From an uncultured Gammaproteobacteria bacterium (GTDB taxonomy: Bacteria > Patescibacteriota > Microgenomatia > UBA10105 > UBA927), in the NCBI GenBank assembly GCA_964621305.1, contig CAZUOM010000004.1, positions 14,209 to 78,208 of the forward strand: DNA of 64,000 nt. Direction: 5' to 3'. The notes beneath the pieces were generated by a model. That model did not search any database, had not been told where the DNA came from, and saw only the letters and a program-made list of their open reading frames with translations. The position numbers and the translations under genes were made by a program. Positions 1 through 8,306 of this stretch are shown here, piece by piece (within the stretch, counting starts at the first letter, position 1; each line of letters opens with the position of its first letter).

Positions 1-750
1 AAACTGACGGAAGAAACGACCGCTCACGCTCTGCAAGGGGTGGCCTTGCAGAGGCAAGGCCACCCCTTAAGAAAATTACTGTTCGTAGCTCACGAGTCCT
101 ACAACCAGGGTGTCATCGGTCTGGTAGCAGGAAAGCTCGCTGAAGAATTTTACCGCCCGGCAATCGTCGTCTCCAAAGGCGAAATTTACTCTAAAGCCTC
201 GGCCCGTTCCATCAGCGGCTTCAATATTGTCGAGGCGATCCGGAAAGTGAGCGATATCCTAGTTGACGTCGGCGGCCACCCGATGGCCGCTGGATTTACG
301 GTGGAGACGAGACACCTTGAGATTTTACAAGACAGGCTGGAGAAGCTTGCAGAAGCCGAACTGATTGAGGAGAAACTCACGCGCACACTTAAAATCGACG
401 CCGAAATTCCTCTGGAGCTTGTCACCGATGAACTCTGGAGAAAACTCCAGCATTTTGAACCTTTCGGCATCGGCAACCCCGAACCAGTCTTTGCAACACG
501 CGATGTACGCGTGAAGGAGGCCAGATTGATAGGAGCAGAAAGAAGACATCTCAAGCTACGATTATTTTCTAACAATGTAACAATGAAACAATTTAACAAT
601 TTTTTTGTTGATGCAATTGCCTTCAACTTTGGTTCACTCTACGATAAGCTCCAGACCGGTAAGTCTATAGACATCGCCTACACCATCGACCGCGACACCT
701 GGAATGGGAATTCGAAATTACAGCTGAAAATAAAAGACTTCTCCCTATAA
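1..750 (+). CDS. recJ: Single-stranded DNA exonuclease RecJ, C-terminal part (5'-partial)
   Basis: Frame open from base 1; GVIGLVAGKL..RPAIV, SARSI and GGHPMAAG (DHHA1), EPFGIGNPEP, C-terminal OB fold (DAIAF..WNG..LQL.IKD). Confidence 0.92.
   Translation, partial: KLTEETTAHALQGVALQRQGHPLRKLLFVAHESYNQGVIGLVAGKLAEEFYRPAIVVSKGEIYSKASARSISGFNIVEAIRKVSDILVDVGGHPMAAGFTVETRHLEILQDRLEKLAEAELIEEKLTRTLKIDAEIPLELVTDELWRKLQHFEPFGIGNPEPVFATRDVRVKEARLIGAERRHLKLRLFSNNVTMKQFNNFFVDAIAFNFGSLYDKLQTGKSIDIAYTIDRDTWNGNSKLQLKIKDFSL
571..600 (+). repeat. In-frame 8-mer tandem repeat (AACAATnn)x~4 inside recJ
   Basis: aacaatgt aacaatga aacaattt aacaat; encodes NNVTMKQFNN. Confidence 0.7.
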
Positions 751-794
751 ATTTATTGACGGTAGCCTCTTGTTTGTGTTAGGATAAAAATATC

Positions 795-1010
795 ATGAAC
801 ATCCTTAGTATTCCACAAGAACTCATCAAGGAAAAAGAACTCGTTCTCATTTCAAGGCGCACGTTGGAGGATTTATTGCGACGTGTTATCCCGTCGGTGC
901 GATTGACTGTTTTACAAAAGAAGGCCTTAGTGCGAGCCAGAAAGAACCGATCCGCGGGAGCATACCTCTCACTCAATGAAATTAAAGCGAAACTGGGTCT
1001 TACAAGTTGA
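795..1010 (+). CDS. Putative antitoxin upstream of relE-like gene
   Basis: 71 aa; C-terminal G.YLSL.E.K.KLG pattern typical of RelB-like partners; overlaps the relE-like frame; TTGACG..TAGGAT promoter upstream. Confidence 0.6.
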   Translation: MNILSIPQELIKEKELVLISRRTLEDLLRRVIPSVRLTVLQKKALVRARKNRSAGAYLSLNEIKAKLGLTS

Positions 1011-1245
1011 TCCTTCAATAGGAAAATCCCTTAAACGCATTCCCCGAAGAGATGCTCAACGGATTATATCTACGATTGAATTGTTGCAAAATGATCCGTA
1101 CGCTGGGGACATTCAGAAGGTCCATGGAGAATCAAACGTCTGGCGGTGACGGGTAGGATCATATCGCATCTTTTTCGAAGTATATCCGACAGAGCATGTC
1201 CTCCACGTTTTTCATGTTGAACGAAGAACCACAACAACCTATTAA
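976..1245 (+). pseudogene. RelE/ParE-family toxin with internal TGA stop (1147-1149)
   Basis: Hand translation MKLKRNWVLQVDPSIGKSLKRIPRRDAQRIISTIELLQNDPYAGDIQKVHGESNVWR*RVGSYRIFFEVYPTEHVLHVFHVERRTTTTY; W-R-x-R-V-G-x-Y-R-I RelE motif. Confidence 0.8.
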
Positions 1246-1253
1246 ATACAACA

Positions 1254-1330
1254 AAACCCCCGCATTGTTTACCCCGCAAGCGTTCGCTTGTGGGGATTGC
1301 GGCGCAAATTGCCGGTCAATACAGGGGTTT
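1254..1330 (-). terminator. Long composite hairpin, probable terminator of leftward transcript
   Basis: 1254-1267 pairs with 1317-1330 (G-U compatible on minus strand), inner hairpin 1272-1295, T-rich tail on minus strand. Confidence 0.5.
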
Positions 1331-1338
1331 ATGTGTTA

Positions 1339-1360
1339 ACCCTGAGCTTGTCGAATGGGT
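1339..1360. repeat. REP-like short element
   Basis: accctgagcttgtcgaatgggt resembles the ccctgagcttgtcgaaggg palindromic repeat type; single copy here. Confidence 0.35.
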
Positions 1361-1529
1361 CATATTCCACCTGCCTTTGTGCTCAATGGGCAAAAGTTTT
1401 TTGTCCACTGAGAAAGGGGCAGGTGGAACGAGGAGGTGATTGGGGGATTGATTTTCTCGAAGATCGAGAATGAAACCCCAAAGGGTGAGCCCAGCGCCAC
1501 GTGCTGATGACAAGCGCCGGGCTCAGTCC

Positions 1530-1829
1530 TTACGTGCAATGTTTTGTGCAATCCGCGCATAATGGTCCTGATCCGGATGGGACGCCACACGGAATTTGGT
1601 GGCGAGAACCATTCCGGCATGGACACGGCGCGTCCATTGCGCGGACCGCACGGGGCTGTGCGCGCACGATGCTGAAGCAGCAGAACAGCAGAACGAGAAA
1701 CAATGGATTGCTATCCTGTTTTTGGCAGTGTTTTCGACACCAACCGCATCTTGTATGCGGGAAGTGTGTCGTTTGACTGCATGCTGCATTTGCGTGTTTC
1801 CCCTTGTTGCACTTGCAAGGTATTGGCAT
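1530..1829 (-). CDS. Small Cys/His-rich protein with duplicated metal-binding motif
   Basis: 99 aa, 14 Cys; two copies of PCxC-x4/5-H-x3/4-C-x9/10-CxxCxKHC; GGAGA upstream of ATG; hairpin 1487-1524 just after stop. Confidence 0.5.
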   Translation of the reverse strand: MPIPCKCNKGKHANAACSQTTHFPHTRCGWCRKHCQKQDSNPLFLVLLFCCFSIVRAQPRAVRAMDAPCPCRNGSRHQIPCGVPSGSGPLCADCTKHCT

Positions 1830-2003
1830 TTGTCTTCTCCCAGAAATTTTTGGACTCCGGAAAAAAGAAAAAAAGTTAACCCCTTATGGGTCACCTCCTT
1901 GTGATGAATTTAGAAAATGCCATTCGGATTGGATAAAAAGATATGGAAATTCCATAGCTCATCATCCAATCCAAATCTGTTTGTTAAAGAGCGATCGACT
2001 TAC

Positions 2004-2177
2004 CTACGTTCCCACCACGACACTACCCGACTGATGTGATCCTGGACCGTAAATGCGGGTAGGTATGTGATCATTCACTACATGATCGGGATGGACATTT
2101 AGATCCTTATCAGTGATTGGTCGGTACGGACCAAATAAACCTTCGTGTTCTTCGTATTCACTTCTTTCTGGATCCAT
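2004..2177 (-). CDS. Hypothetical 57-aa peptide
   Basis: Hand translation MDPERSEYEEHEGLFGPYRPITDKDLNVHPDHVVNDHIPTRIYGPGSHQSGSVVVGT; below ORF-track cutoff; GGGAG upstream. Confidence 0.35.
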   Translation of the reverse strand: MDPERSEYEEHEGLFGPYRPITDKDLNVHPDHVVNDHIPTRIYGPGSHQSGSVVVGT

Positions 2178-2346
2178 AGTTTCGAATGACTCCCAGTACT
2201 ACGTTTACTTGCTCGCATCTCCACTAATCCTCCCCGTCTTAGCATTCGGCTTTGGGTACTATTCGTACACGCCTCATGCTGCGACGTTGGGAGGATTGAT
2301 CGGTTCGTAAATTCGTGAATGCGAATTCACTCATTAACGAACCATC

Positions 2347-2372
2347 AAAAAACCTCCCGATTGTGGGAGGTT
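2347..2372 (-). terminator. Intrinsic terminator / attenuator 3:4 hairpin
   Basis: Minus strand AACCTCCC-acaatc-GGGAGGTT followed by T run. Confidence 0.75.
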
Positions 2373-2395
2373 CGTTTGGGACTATTTTAAAAAAA

Positions 2396-2479
2396 TTATG
2401 TCATCGTCGCCAAACGAACTCCCCTCCAGACGTGGAGGTTAATAAGGTTGATAAAGAGATATCGTTTAGCGCTTTGCAT
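2396..2479 (-). CDS. Putative 27-aa leader peptide
   Basis: MQSAKRYLFINLINLHVWRGVRLATMT; lies between minus-strand promoter and terminator and overlaps the alternative hairpins. Confidence 0.35.
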   Translation of the reverse strand: MQSAKRYLFINLINLHVWRGVRLATMT

Positions 2480-2504
2480 AGCCAAAATTGGCAGGAATAA
2501 GTCA

Positions 2505-2556
2505 TTTATAGCACCCAGCAGAGCCGCTTGTCAATGGGGCAAAATAAAACTACAAT
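2505..2556. promoter_or_regulatory. Overlapping divergent sigma70 promoters
   Basis: Plus: TTGTCA(2528-33)-17-TACAAT(2551-56), 8 nt before aspS ATG; minus: TTGACA(2534-29)-18-TATAAA(2510-05). Confidence 0.65.
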
Positions 2557-2564
2557 TGTTCCAT

Positions 2565-3953
2565 ATGGTGAGAACTCTTGCTGCAGAAACGGTAACGAAA
2601 ATAGGACAGGAAGTGGTTCTTAAAGGCTGGGTCAACAGCCGCCGGGATCATGGGAAAATCATGTTTCTCGATCTAAGGGATATAAGTGGGATAGTGCAGA
2701 TGGTGGGGCAGGGAGTAGATGCTCGACCGGAAGATGTGGTTGAGGTTGTGGGACTCGTCAAGGAGCGGCCCAAGGAAATGGTAAACCCTAAATTAGAAAC
2801 GGGAACGATTGAAGTAGAAGTGAGAAGCTTGAAAATACTAAGTAAGGCAAAAGAACTACCATTCCCCATAGAGACTGATGGCTACGACATAGATGAGGAA
2901 ATTCGTAACAAGTACCGTTATCTGGATTTGCGTCGGCCAAGAATGGCTCGTAACATTCGCCTACGGTCGAAGGTAGTTAACTTCATTCGGCAATTTTTAA
3001 TCGGTCGGGATTTTGTCGAGATAGAAACACCGATCTTGACCAAAACCACACCTGAAGGCGCGCGAGATTTCCTCGTGCCATCTCGGCTCCAGAAGGGCAA
3101 ATTTTACGCACTTCCCCAAAGCCCACAACAATACAAGCAACTTCTTATGGTTTCCGGCATGGAGCGGTACTTTCAGATTGCGCGCTGTTTTCGTGATGAG
3201 GATCCGCGTAAGGATCGGGCGTATGGAGAATTTACTCAACTTGACTTAGAAATGTCGTTTATTACGCAAGAAGATATTTTGCAGCTTACAGAAGAGCTCT
3301 TTACAAACTTAGTTAAGGAGTTGTTACCCAAAAAAAGAATAAGCCAATCGCCCTGGCCTAGGCTTACCCATAAAGAAGCAAAAGAAAAATACGGAACTGA
3401 TAAGCCGGATTTACGAAAAGACAAGAGCAACCGTGATGAACTGGCGTTTTCCTGGACAGTCGATTTTCCGCTCTTTGTCGAGCAAACCAAAGAGGATTTT
3501 TACTATGGCTCCGGGTCGGCCAAATTTGCTCCCTCACATCACATGTTTACCGCTCCTCACCTGGACGACATTTCGCTTTTAGACAGTGATCCCCTCAAAG
3601 TTCGTGGCCAGCAGCATGATTTGGTGCTCAATGGCTATGAAGTAGGCGGTGGCAGCGTGCGGATCCATGACTCAAAAATTCAAGAAAAAGTATTTGAACT
3701 GATTGGATTTACTGCCGAGCAAAAAAAGCAGTTTGAACACGTGCTCGCCGCATTTGGCTACGGCGTGCCGCCGCACGGAGGGATTGCGCCGGGTATTGAC
3801 CGGTTTCTGATGGCCGTCCTCGGCGAGCCGAGTGTCCGCGAGGTCATGGCATTTCCAGCTTCTGCCTCCGGCCAAATTAGCGTGATGGAAGCCCCAAGTG
3901 AGGTAGTAGAGGAGCAATTAAAAGAGTTAGGTATAAAAGTCGTTTCCCGCTGA
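2565..3953 (+). CDS. aspS: Aspartate--tRNA ligase (compact, no GAD insertion; likely non-discriminating)
   Basis: RRDHG..F.DLRD OB fold, TPEGARDF, LPQSPQQYKQLLM, FRDED, PPHGGIAPGIDR; start reassigned to ATG 2565. Confidence 0.97.
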   Translation: MVRTLAAETVTKIGQEVVLKGWVNSRRDHGKIMFLDLRDISGIVQMVGQGVDARPEDVVEVVGLVKERPKEMVNPKLETGTIEVEVRSLKILSKAKELPFPIETDGYDIDEEIRNKYRYLDLRRPRMARNIRLRSKVVNFIRQFLIGRDFVEIETPILTKTTPEGARDFLVPSRLQKGKFYALPQSPQQYKQLLMVSGMERYFQIARCFRDEDPRKDRAYGEFTQLDLEMSFITQEDILQLTEELFTNLVKELLPKKRISQSPWPRLTHKEAKEKYGTDKPDLRKDKSNRDELAFSWTVDFPLFVEQTKEDFYYGSGSAKFAPSHHMFTAPHLDDISLLDSDPLKVRGQQHDLVLNGYEVGGGSVRIHDSKIQEKVFELIGFTAEQKKQFEHVLAAFGYGVPPHGGIAPGIDRFLMAVLGEPSVREVMAFPASASGQISVMEAPSEVVEEQLKELGIKVVSR

Positions 3954-3958
3954 TTTAA

Positions 3959-4927
3959 ATGGCAAAGAAGAAGGTTTTTTACCGGTATAATTGGTGGCGA
4001 AAATCCCTTGATAAAATACTTTTTTTGGTGGCGATAGGGTTTTTTCTACTACTGAGTCCCGGGCAAAATAAATATTTTGCCATTACAGAGAAGCCATCAA
4101 GTCTATTGCGATCACTTCCATTTCTCGTTCCGACACCGGCGCCATATCCGACCAATATCACAGGTCTTTATCCAGGCACTGAAATTACAGGGCAGGGGAT
4201 TGTGATTGTGGATGTAGATAGCGGAGTTTATCTTTATAAACGCAATGAGGAAGAACAACTGGCGCCGGCCTCCACGACCAAAATCATGACTGCCTTGGTG
4301 GCTCTGGACAAGTATAAACTAGACGACGTATTGACGGTGCGCGCCACTGTCAATAGCGGGCAAACCATGAAGCTAGTCTTCGGCGAGCGGCTTACGGTTG
4401 AAAATCTTTTGTACGGGACGCTCATCCAGTCTGCCAACGACGCAGCTTTTGTTATAGCTGACAACTTCTCTGCAGGCATCTCGGCATTTGTGGAAGCGAT
4501 GAATAAGAAAGCAGCAGATCTACATTTAACAAAAACTCACTTTACTAATCCCGTGGGCTACGATGATCCGAATCACAAGATGACGCCGATGGATCTGGCG
4601 CGCCTGTCATCGATTGCTCTAACTAACCCAACGATTGCCAAAATGGTAGCCATCCCGCAGATTACTGTTTCTGACGTGACTCACACCTATTTCCATCCGC
4701 TTGCCAACGTCAATCAGCTTCTTGGGAAAATTCCCGGTGTTGGGGGGATAAAAACCGGATGGACGGAGGCTGCAGGGGAAAACCTCGTAACGCTTGTTGA
4801 GCGCAATGGACATATGGTGATCATCGTTCTTTTAAAAAGCAGCGACCGTTTTGGAGAAACAGCAAAGCTCATCGACTGGGTATTTGGCAATTACCAGTGG
4901 AAAGAATTTACTCGGTCCATTCTCTGA
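3959..4927 (+). CDS. D-alanyl-D-alanine carboxypeptidase (peptidase S11)
   Basis: PASTTK (SxxK), SAND (SxN), KTG motifs; N-terminal TM. Confidence 0.92.
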   Translation: MAKKKVFYRYNWWRKSLDKILFLVAIGFFLLLSPGQNKYFAITEKPSSLLRSLPFLVPTPAPYPTNITGLYPGTEITGQGIVIVDVDSGVYLYKRNEEEQLAPASTTKIMTALVALDKYKLDDVLTVRATVNSGQTMKLVFGERLTVENLLYGTLIQSANDAAFVIADNFSAGISAFVEAMNKKAADLHLTKTHFTNPVGYDDPNHKMTPMDLARLSSIALTNPTIAKMVAIPQITVSDVTHTYFHPLANVNQLLGKIPGVGGIKTGWTEAAGENLVTLVERNGHMVIIVLLKSSDRFGETAKLIDWVFGNYQWKEFTRSIL

Positions 4928-5960
4928 CGACCGCCGGTACGTACGCCAGAAAACCATTGTCCCCTTCAAAAACAAAAATCGGCTGGAGATACGTTTGGGG
5001 ATCATAAGAGTCGTAGTAACCTAGGTATACATTGCGTATAACTACCGTTGTGCCGGTACGCGGAGAGCGTGCTATATAGCCCTCTCCAGATTGCAATTCC
5101 TGCCATGCTTGACTCGTTGGTTTGATCGCATAGGTTGCTGCGGCTTCAAAATCAATAGGCCAAAGATTGTAGGCAAATTGAATCAGTTGTTTTTTCCGAT
5201 GCGTTGACCCGGAATATATAAAGGCAACCGGTGCTTCATCTGGATTTGGTTGAAATATACGATTACCAAAAATATCTTTTCTAAAAAAATCAATTCTTAA
5301 CGCATCAGCGGCTGATAGGCTAGTCGTAGTTACCAATTTGTCACCCACAAGTTTTAGGTATGTAACTTTTTGCGTACCTACTTTCAGGTCTTCATCCAAT
5401 AGATTGAATCCTCGTAGGAGTCCTATGGATTCGGTGACAAGCGCATCAGCGCTAGAAAATGCATGATCGGAAAATAGACCAATATCCTGTTCAAATGCGT
5501 AGCGGAGGATAAAGTGCCCGGAGACAATGTCGTATCTGAGTTTGCGCAGGGTAAGTTCTTGATCGTCAAAGCGGTAAATATTTTTGCTTTCTTGTATCGG
5601 GGTCGGATCTAGATCGAGCCGATGGGCAAAATCTTGTGTTTTTGGCAAAGCAAGTAAATTTGCAGGCTGTTTTGGCATGAAATAAACGGTTGCAGATTCG
5701 GAGGCTTTCGGGACAATACCCTCTATGGTTTCAAGCTGAAAGGCAAGGGCGGCGGAAGAGGAAGCTTGCGGAGGAAAGACGATAGCTGGAAGCTTGCCAA
5801 ACCGATGATTGGGAGGCGGTGGTTTGGGTGGAAAGAAGGAGAGCCAGATAGCAACAAACATGCTCCCAAAAATCCGTAATAAAAAATACAAAATGACTGC
5901 AAGTATCAGCCAATTGACGGTTCTTCGTGTATAATAGGCGGTCTCAGTTAGGGTAGCCAT
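4908..5960 (-). CDS. Membrane-anchored hypothetical protein
   Basis: Long ORF, N-terminal TM then PPKPPPP..FGKLP; start reassigned to ATG 5960 (TATACT 9 nt upstream), avoiding overlap with gltX. Confidence 0.8.
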   Translation of the reverse strand: MATLTETAYYTRRTVNWLILAVILYFLLRIFGSMFVAIWLSFFPPKPPPPNHRFGKLPAIVFPPQASSSAALAFQLETIEGIVPKASESATVYFMPKQPANLLALPKTQDFAHRLDLDPTPIQESKNIYRFDDQELTLRKLRYDIVSGHFILRYAFEQDIGLFSDHAFSSADALVTESIGLLRGFNLLDEDLKVGTQKVTYLKLVGDKLVTTTSLSAADALRIDFFRKDIFGNRIFQPNPDEAPVAFIYSGSTHRKKQLIQFAYNLWPIDFEAAATYAIKPTSQAWQELQSGEGYIARSPRTGTTVVIRNVYLGYYDSYDPQTYLQPIFVFEGDNGFLAYVPAVVREWTE

Positions 5961-6005
5961 TCTTCTTTGAGTATACGGTTGGCGGGTGATAGAATCAATT
6001 ACATC

Positions 6006-7361
6006 ATGACCGTTCGCACCCGCATCGCTCCATCTCCAACCGGGGAAGATCTCCACATCGGCAATGCCTATACCGCTCTCATCAATTACGTATTTGCCAA
6101 AAAACATGGAGGTAAGTTTATTATTCGCATAGAAGATACTGACAGGACGCGTTCTGTCGAGGGATCAGAGGAGCGCATTTTAGACTCTTTGAAATGGCTT
6201 GGCATTGGCTACGACGAAGGGCCATATAGACAGTCTGAGCGATTGGCTGAATACAAGCGCATCGCCGAAGAACTGGTTGAAAAAGGACATGCATTTTACT
6301 GTTTCTGTACTCCCGAACGGCTGGAATTGATGCGCAAGGAGCAAGAATCCCGACACGAGCCGCCAATGTATGACGGAAAGTGCAAAGCACTTTCAATTCA
6401 AAATTCAAAATTAAAAATTCAAAATGGAGAGCAACACGTCGTTCGATTAAATGTTCCCGATGAGGGGACGACTTCGTTTACAGATATTATTCGGGGCGAA
6501 ATTTCATTTGAAAATAAACTTATTGACGATCAGGTGATCCTCAAGTCTGACGGATTTCCGACGTATCACCTGGGAGTGGTCGTTGATGATCATCTTATGG
6601 AAATATCTCATGTGGTTCGCGGTGAAGAGTGGATTTCTTCAACGCCGAAACATGTTTTGCTTTACCAATTTCTCGGTTGGGAGCTGCCGAAATATGCCCA
6701 CTTGCCGCTCCTTCGCAACCCGGACAAAAGCAAATTGTCCAAGCGAAAAAATCCTGTGTGGTTGAGTTGGTATAAGGAGCAGGGATTTTTGCCAGAGGCA
6801 ATCCTTAATTATCTAGCCACATTGGCGTGGGCTCACCCAGAGGGAAAAGACATTTTTTCTTTAGATGATATGATAAAACTTTTTGATCTAAAGAACATTC
6901 AAACCACTGCGCCGGTATTTGATGTCGAAAAACTCCGTTGGGTTAATGGGCAGTACTTGAGGAAATATCAAATATCAAATATCAAATATCAAATATTCAA
7001 TTTTTATAAGCAGAAATATCCGATGGGCGGAATCGAAAAAATTTTACCGCTTGTTATTGAACGGATGAAGACGCTCAAAGAATTTGACTCCCTTGCAGGA
7101 TTTTTCTTTAAGAGACCAACGGAATACGAACACCCGCTTAATCAAAAACTTATTAGTCTTGTAAAAACTACACTTGAAACTTCAGATTGGTCCCATGAGG
7201 CGATGGAAAAATCTATCCGTGCTTCTGCGGAGAAGGAAGGAATTTCTGCAAAAGATCTTTTTATGGAGCTTCGTGTCGCCACTACAGGCAAAACCGTCGG
7301 CCCACCCCTGCTTGAATCGCTTGAAATACTCGGCAAAGAAGAAACGCTTTTGCGTTTATAA
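6006..7361 (+). CDS. gltX: Glutamate--tRNA ligase
   Basis: VRTRIAPSPTG..HIGN, RIEDTD, CFC zinc site, RGEEW, KLSKR; start ATG 6006. Confidence 0.97.
   Translation: MTVRTRIAPSPTGEDLHIGNAYTALINYVFAKKHGGKFIIRIEDTDRTRSVEGSEERILDSLKWLGIGYDEGPYRQSERLAEYKRIAEELVEKGHAFYCFCTPERLELMRKEQESRHEPPMYDGKCKALSIQNSKLKIQNGEQHVVRLNVPDEGTTSFTDIIRGEISFENKLIDDQVILKSDGFPTYHLGVVVDDHLMEISHVVRGEEWISSTPKHVLLYQFLGWELPKYAHLPLLRNPDKSKLSKRKNPVWLSWYKEQGFLPEAILNYLATLAWAHPEGKDIFSLDDMIKLFDLKNIQTTAPVFDVEKLRWVNGQYLRKYQISNIKYQIFNFYKQKYPMGGIEKILPLVIERMKTLKEFDSLAGFFFKRPTEYEHPLNQKLISLVKTTLETSDWSHEAMEKSIRASAEKEGISAKDLFMELRVATTGKTVGPPLLESLEILGKEETLLRL
6395..6425 (+). repeat. In-frame heptamer repeat (AATTCAA)x~4 in gltX
   Basis: aattcaa aattcaa aattaaa aattcaa aat; IQNSKLKIQN. 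Confidence 0.8.
6963..6997 (+). repeat. In-frame heptamer repeat (AAATATC)x5 in gltX
   Basis: Four perfect copies plus one degenerate; KYQISNIKYQI. Confidence 0.85.
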
Positions 7362-8180
7362 ATAGTCTATCCAGTGCGGGTCGGTTTCGACGGTTAAGTC
7401 GAGGAATACTTTTTTATTGGTTGCGGCCTCGAGTTCTTTTCTTGCGGCCATGCCGATTTCTTTGATCATTGATCCTTTTTTGCCGATGATGATGCCTTTG
7501 TAACGTTCTTCAGAAGTTAGAATGCGAGCTTTTATATAGAGCGCCCCATTATCTCTTTCTGCAACATCATCAACAATTGCGGTGAGCTTATAGGGTACTT
7601 CGCGGCGCAAAAAGAGAAATGCTTTTTCGCGGATAAGCTCGGCCAAGTAGGTTTTACTGTCAAGGTTAAGTGTGGGGTGAGGCAGTTCTCCTGCAGCAGC
7701 CAAAGCCTTACCTTCAGGAAGATAGGAAAAGATCTTTTCTATCAGTGTCGAAACGTGCGTGCCAACAAGAGCTGACACTTCGACAACTTCATCAAGTTCG
7801 TCTTCCAGAAATTTATACTGCACACGATAATCTGGTTCCTGGATGTCTGTTTTATTGATGACGAGAATTTTCGGACAGGAAAATTGGCGGACCAAGCCGA
7901 TTGCTGAGTTCTCCTCGGACCCCTTTTTTCTGGAATGGTCGATGATGTAAAGGACGAGATTTAACTGTTTTCCCAGAAAATTTTGTCTGCTGCTAGCCAC
8001 ACCGGGGGTATCGACAAAAACGATCTGGCCGCGGTCATCCTCATAGACTGCATTAATGATCATGCGGGTAGTTTGGGGCTTGGGAGAAGTAATAGACACT
8101 TTTCGGCCCACGAGCGTATTGAGCAGGGTCGATTTGCCGCTATTAGGTCTGCCAATAAGCACAACGTAGCCGGATTTCAT
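7356..8180 (-). CDS. era: GTPase Era
   Basis: GRPNSGKS, PQTTR, DTPG, NKTD, C-terminal KH domain IIIGKKG. Confidence 0.95.
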   Translation of the reverse strand: MKSGYVVLIGRPNSGKSTLLNTLVGRKVSITSPKPQTTRMIINAVYEDDRGQIVFVDTPGVASSRQNFLGKQLNLVLYIIDHSRKKGSEENSAIGLVRQFSCPKILVINKTDIQEPDYRVQYKFLEDELDEVVEVSALVGTHVSTLIEKIFSYLPEGKALAAAGELPHPTLNLDSKTYLAELIREKAFLFLRREVPYKLTAIVDDVAERDNGALYIKARILTSEERYKGIIIGKKGSMIKEIGMAARKELEAATNKKVFLDLTVETDPHWIDYL

Positions 8181-8205
8181 TTCAGATTTTGAGCACAGTA
8201 TACAA

Positions 8206-8306
8206 TTACTCCGGAAATTCAGCGGCGTATTGCTCTGGCTTGAAAACTTTGGGTCATAATACTATTTTTTTGATTGAGCATCATAAAGAATGATTGCGTT
8301 TTTCAT
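8206..8306 (-). pseudogene. Remnant of an alpha/beta hydrolase-like gene
   Basis: MKNAIILYDAQSKK*YYDPKFSSQSN followed by an EFPE-like end; resembles fused N- and C-termini of YdeN/RBBP9-type hydrolases. Confidence 0.3.

Noticed and set aside
1147-1149. In-frame TGA as evidence of code 25/4 recoding or selenocysteine
   Set aside because: Many intact genes here end at TGA (aspS, sufB, lysS, serS) and RF2 is present; a CGA>TGA mutation is simpler.
1891-1900. TCACCTCCTT resembling the 16S rRNA 3' end
   Set aside because: No flanking rRNA sequence. As a minus-strand SD it has no properly spaced start codon.
2180-2230. tmRNA/tRNA-like 3' end (..CATCTCCACTA)
   Set aside because: No T-arm, matching 5' acceptor strand or tag reading frame could be found.
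7950-8010. Era appears about 10 residues short after DTPG
   Set aside because: All G motifs and the KH domain are intact; without an alignment this cannot be separated from normal lineage variation.
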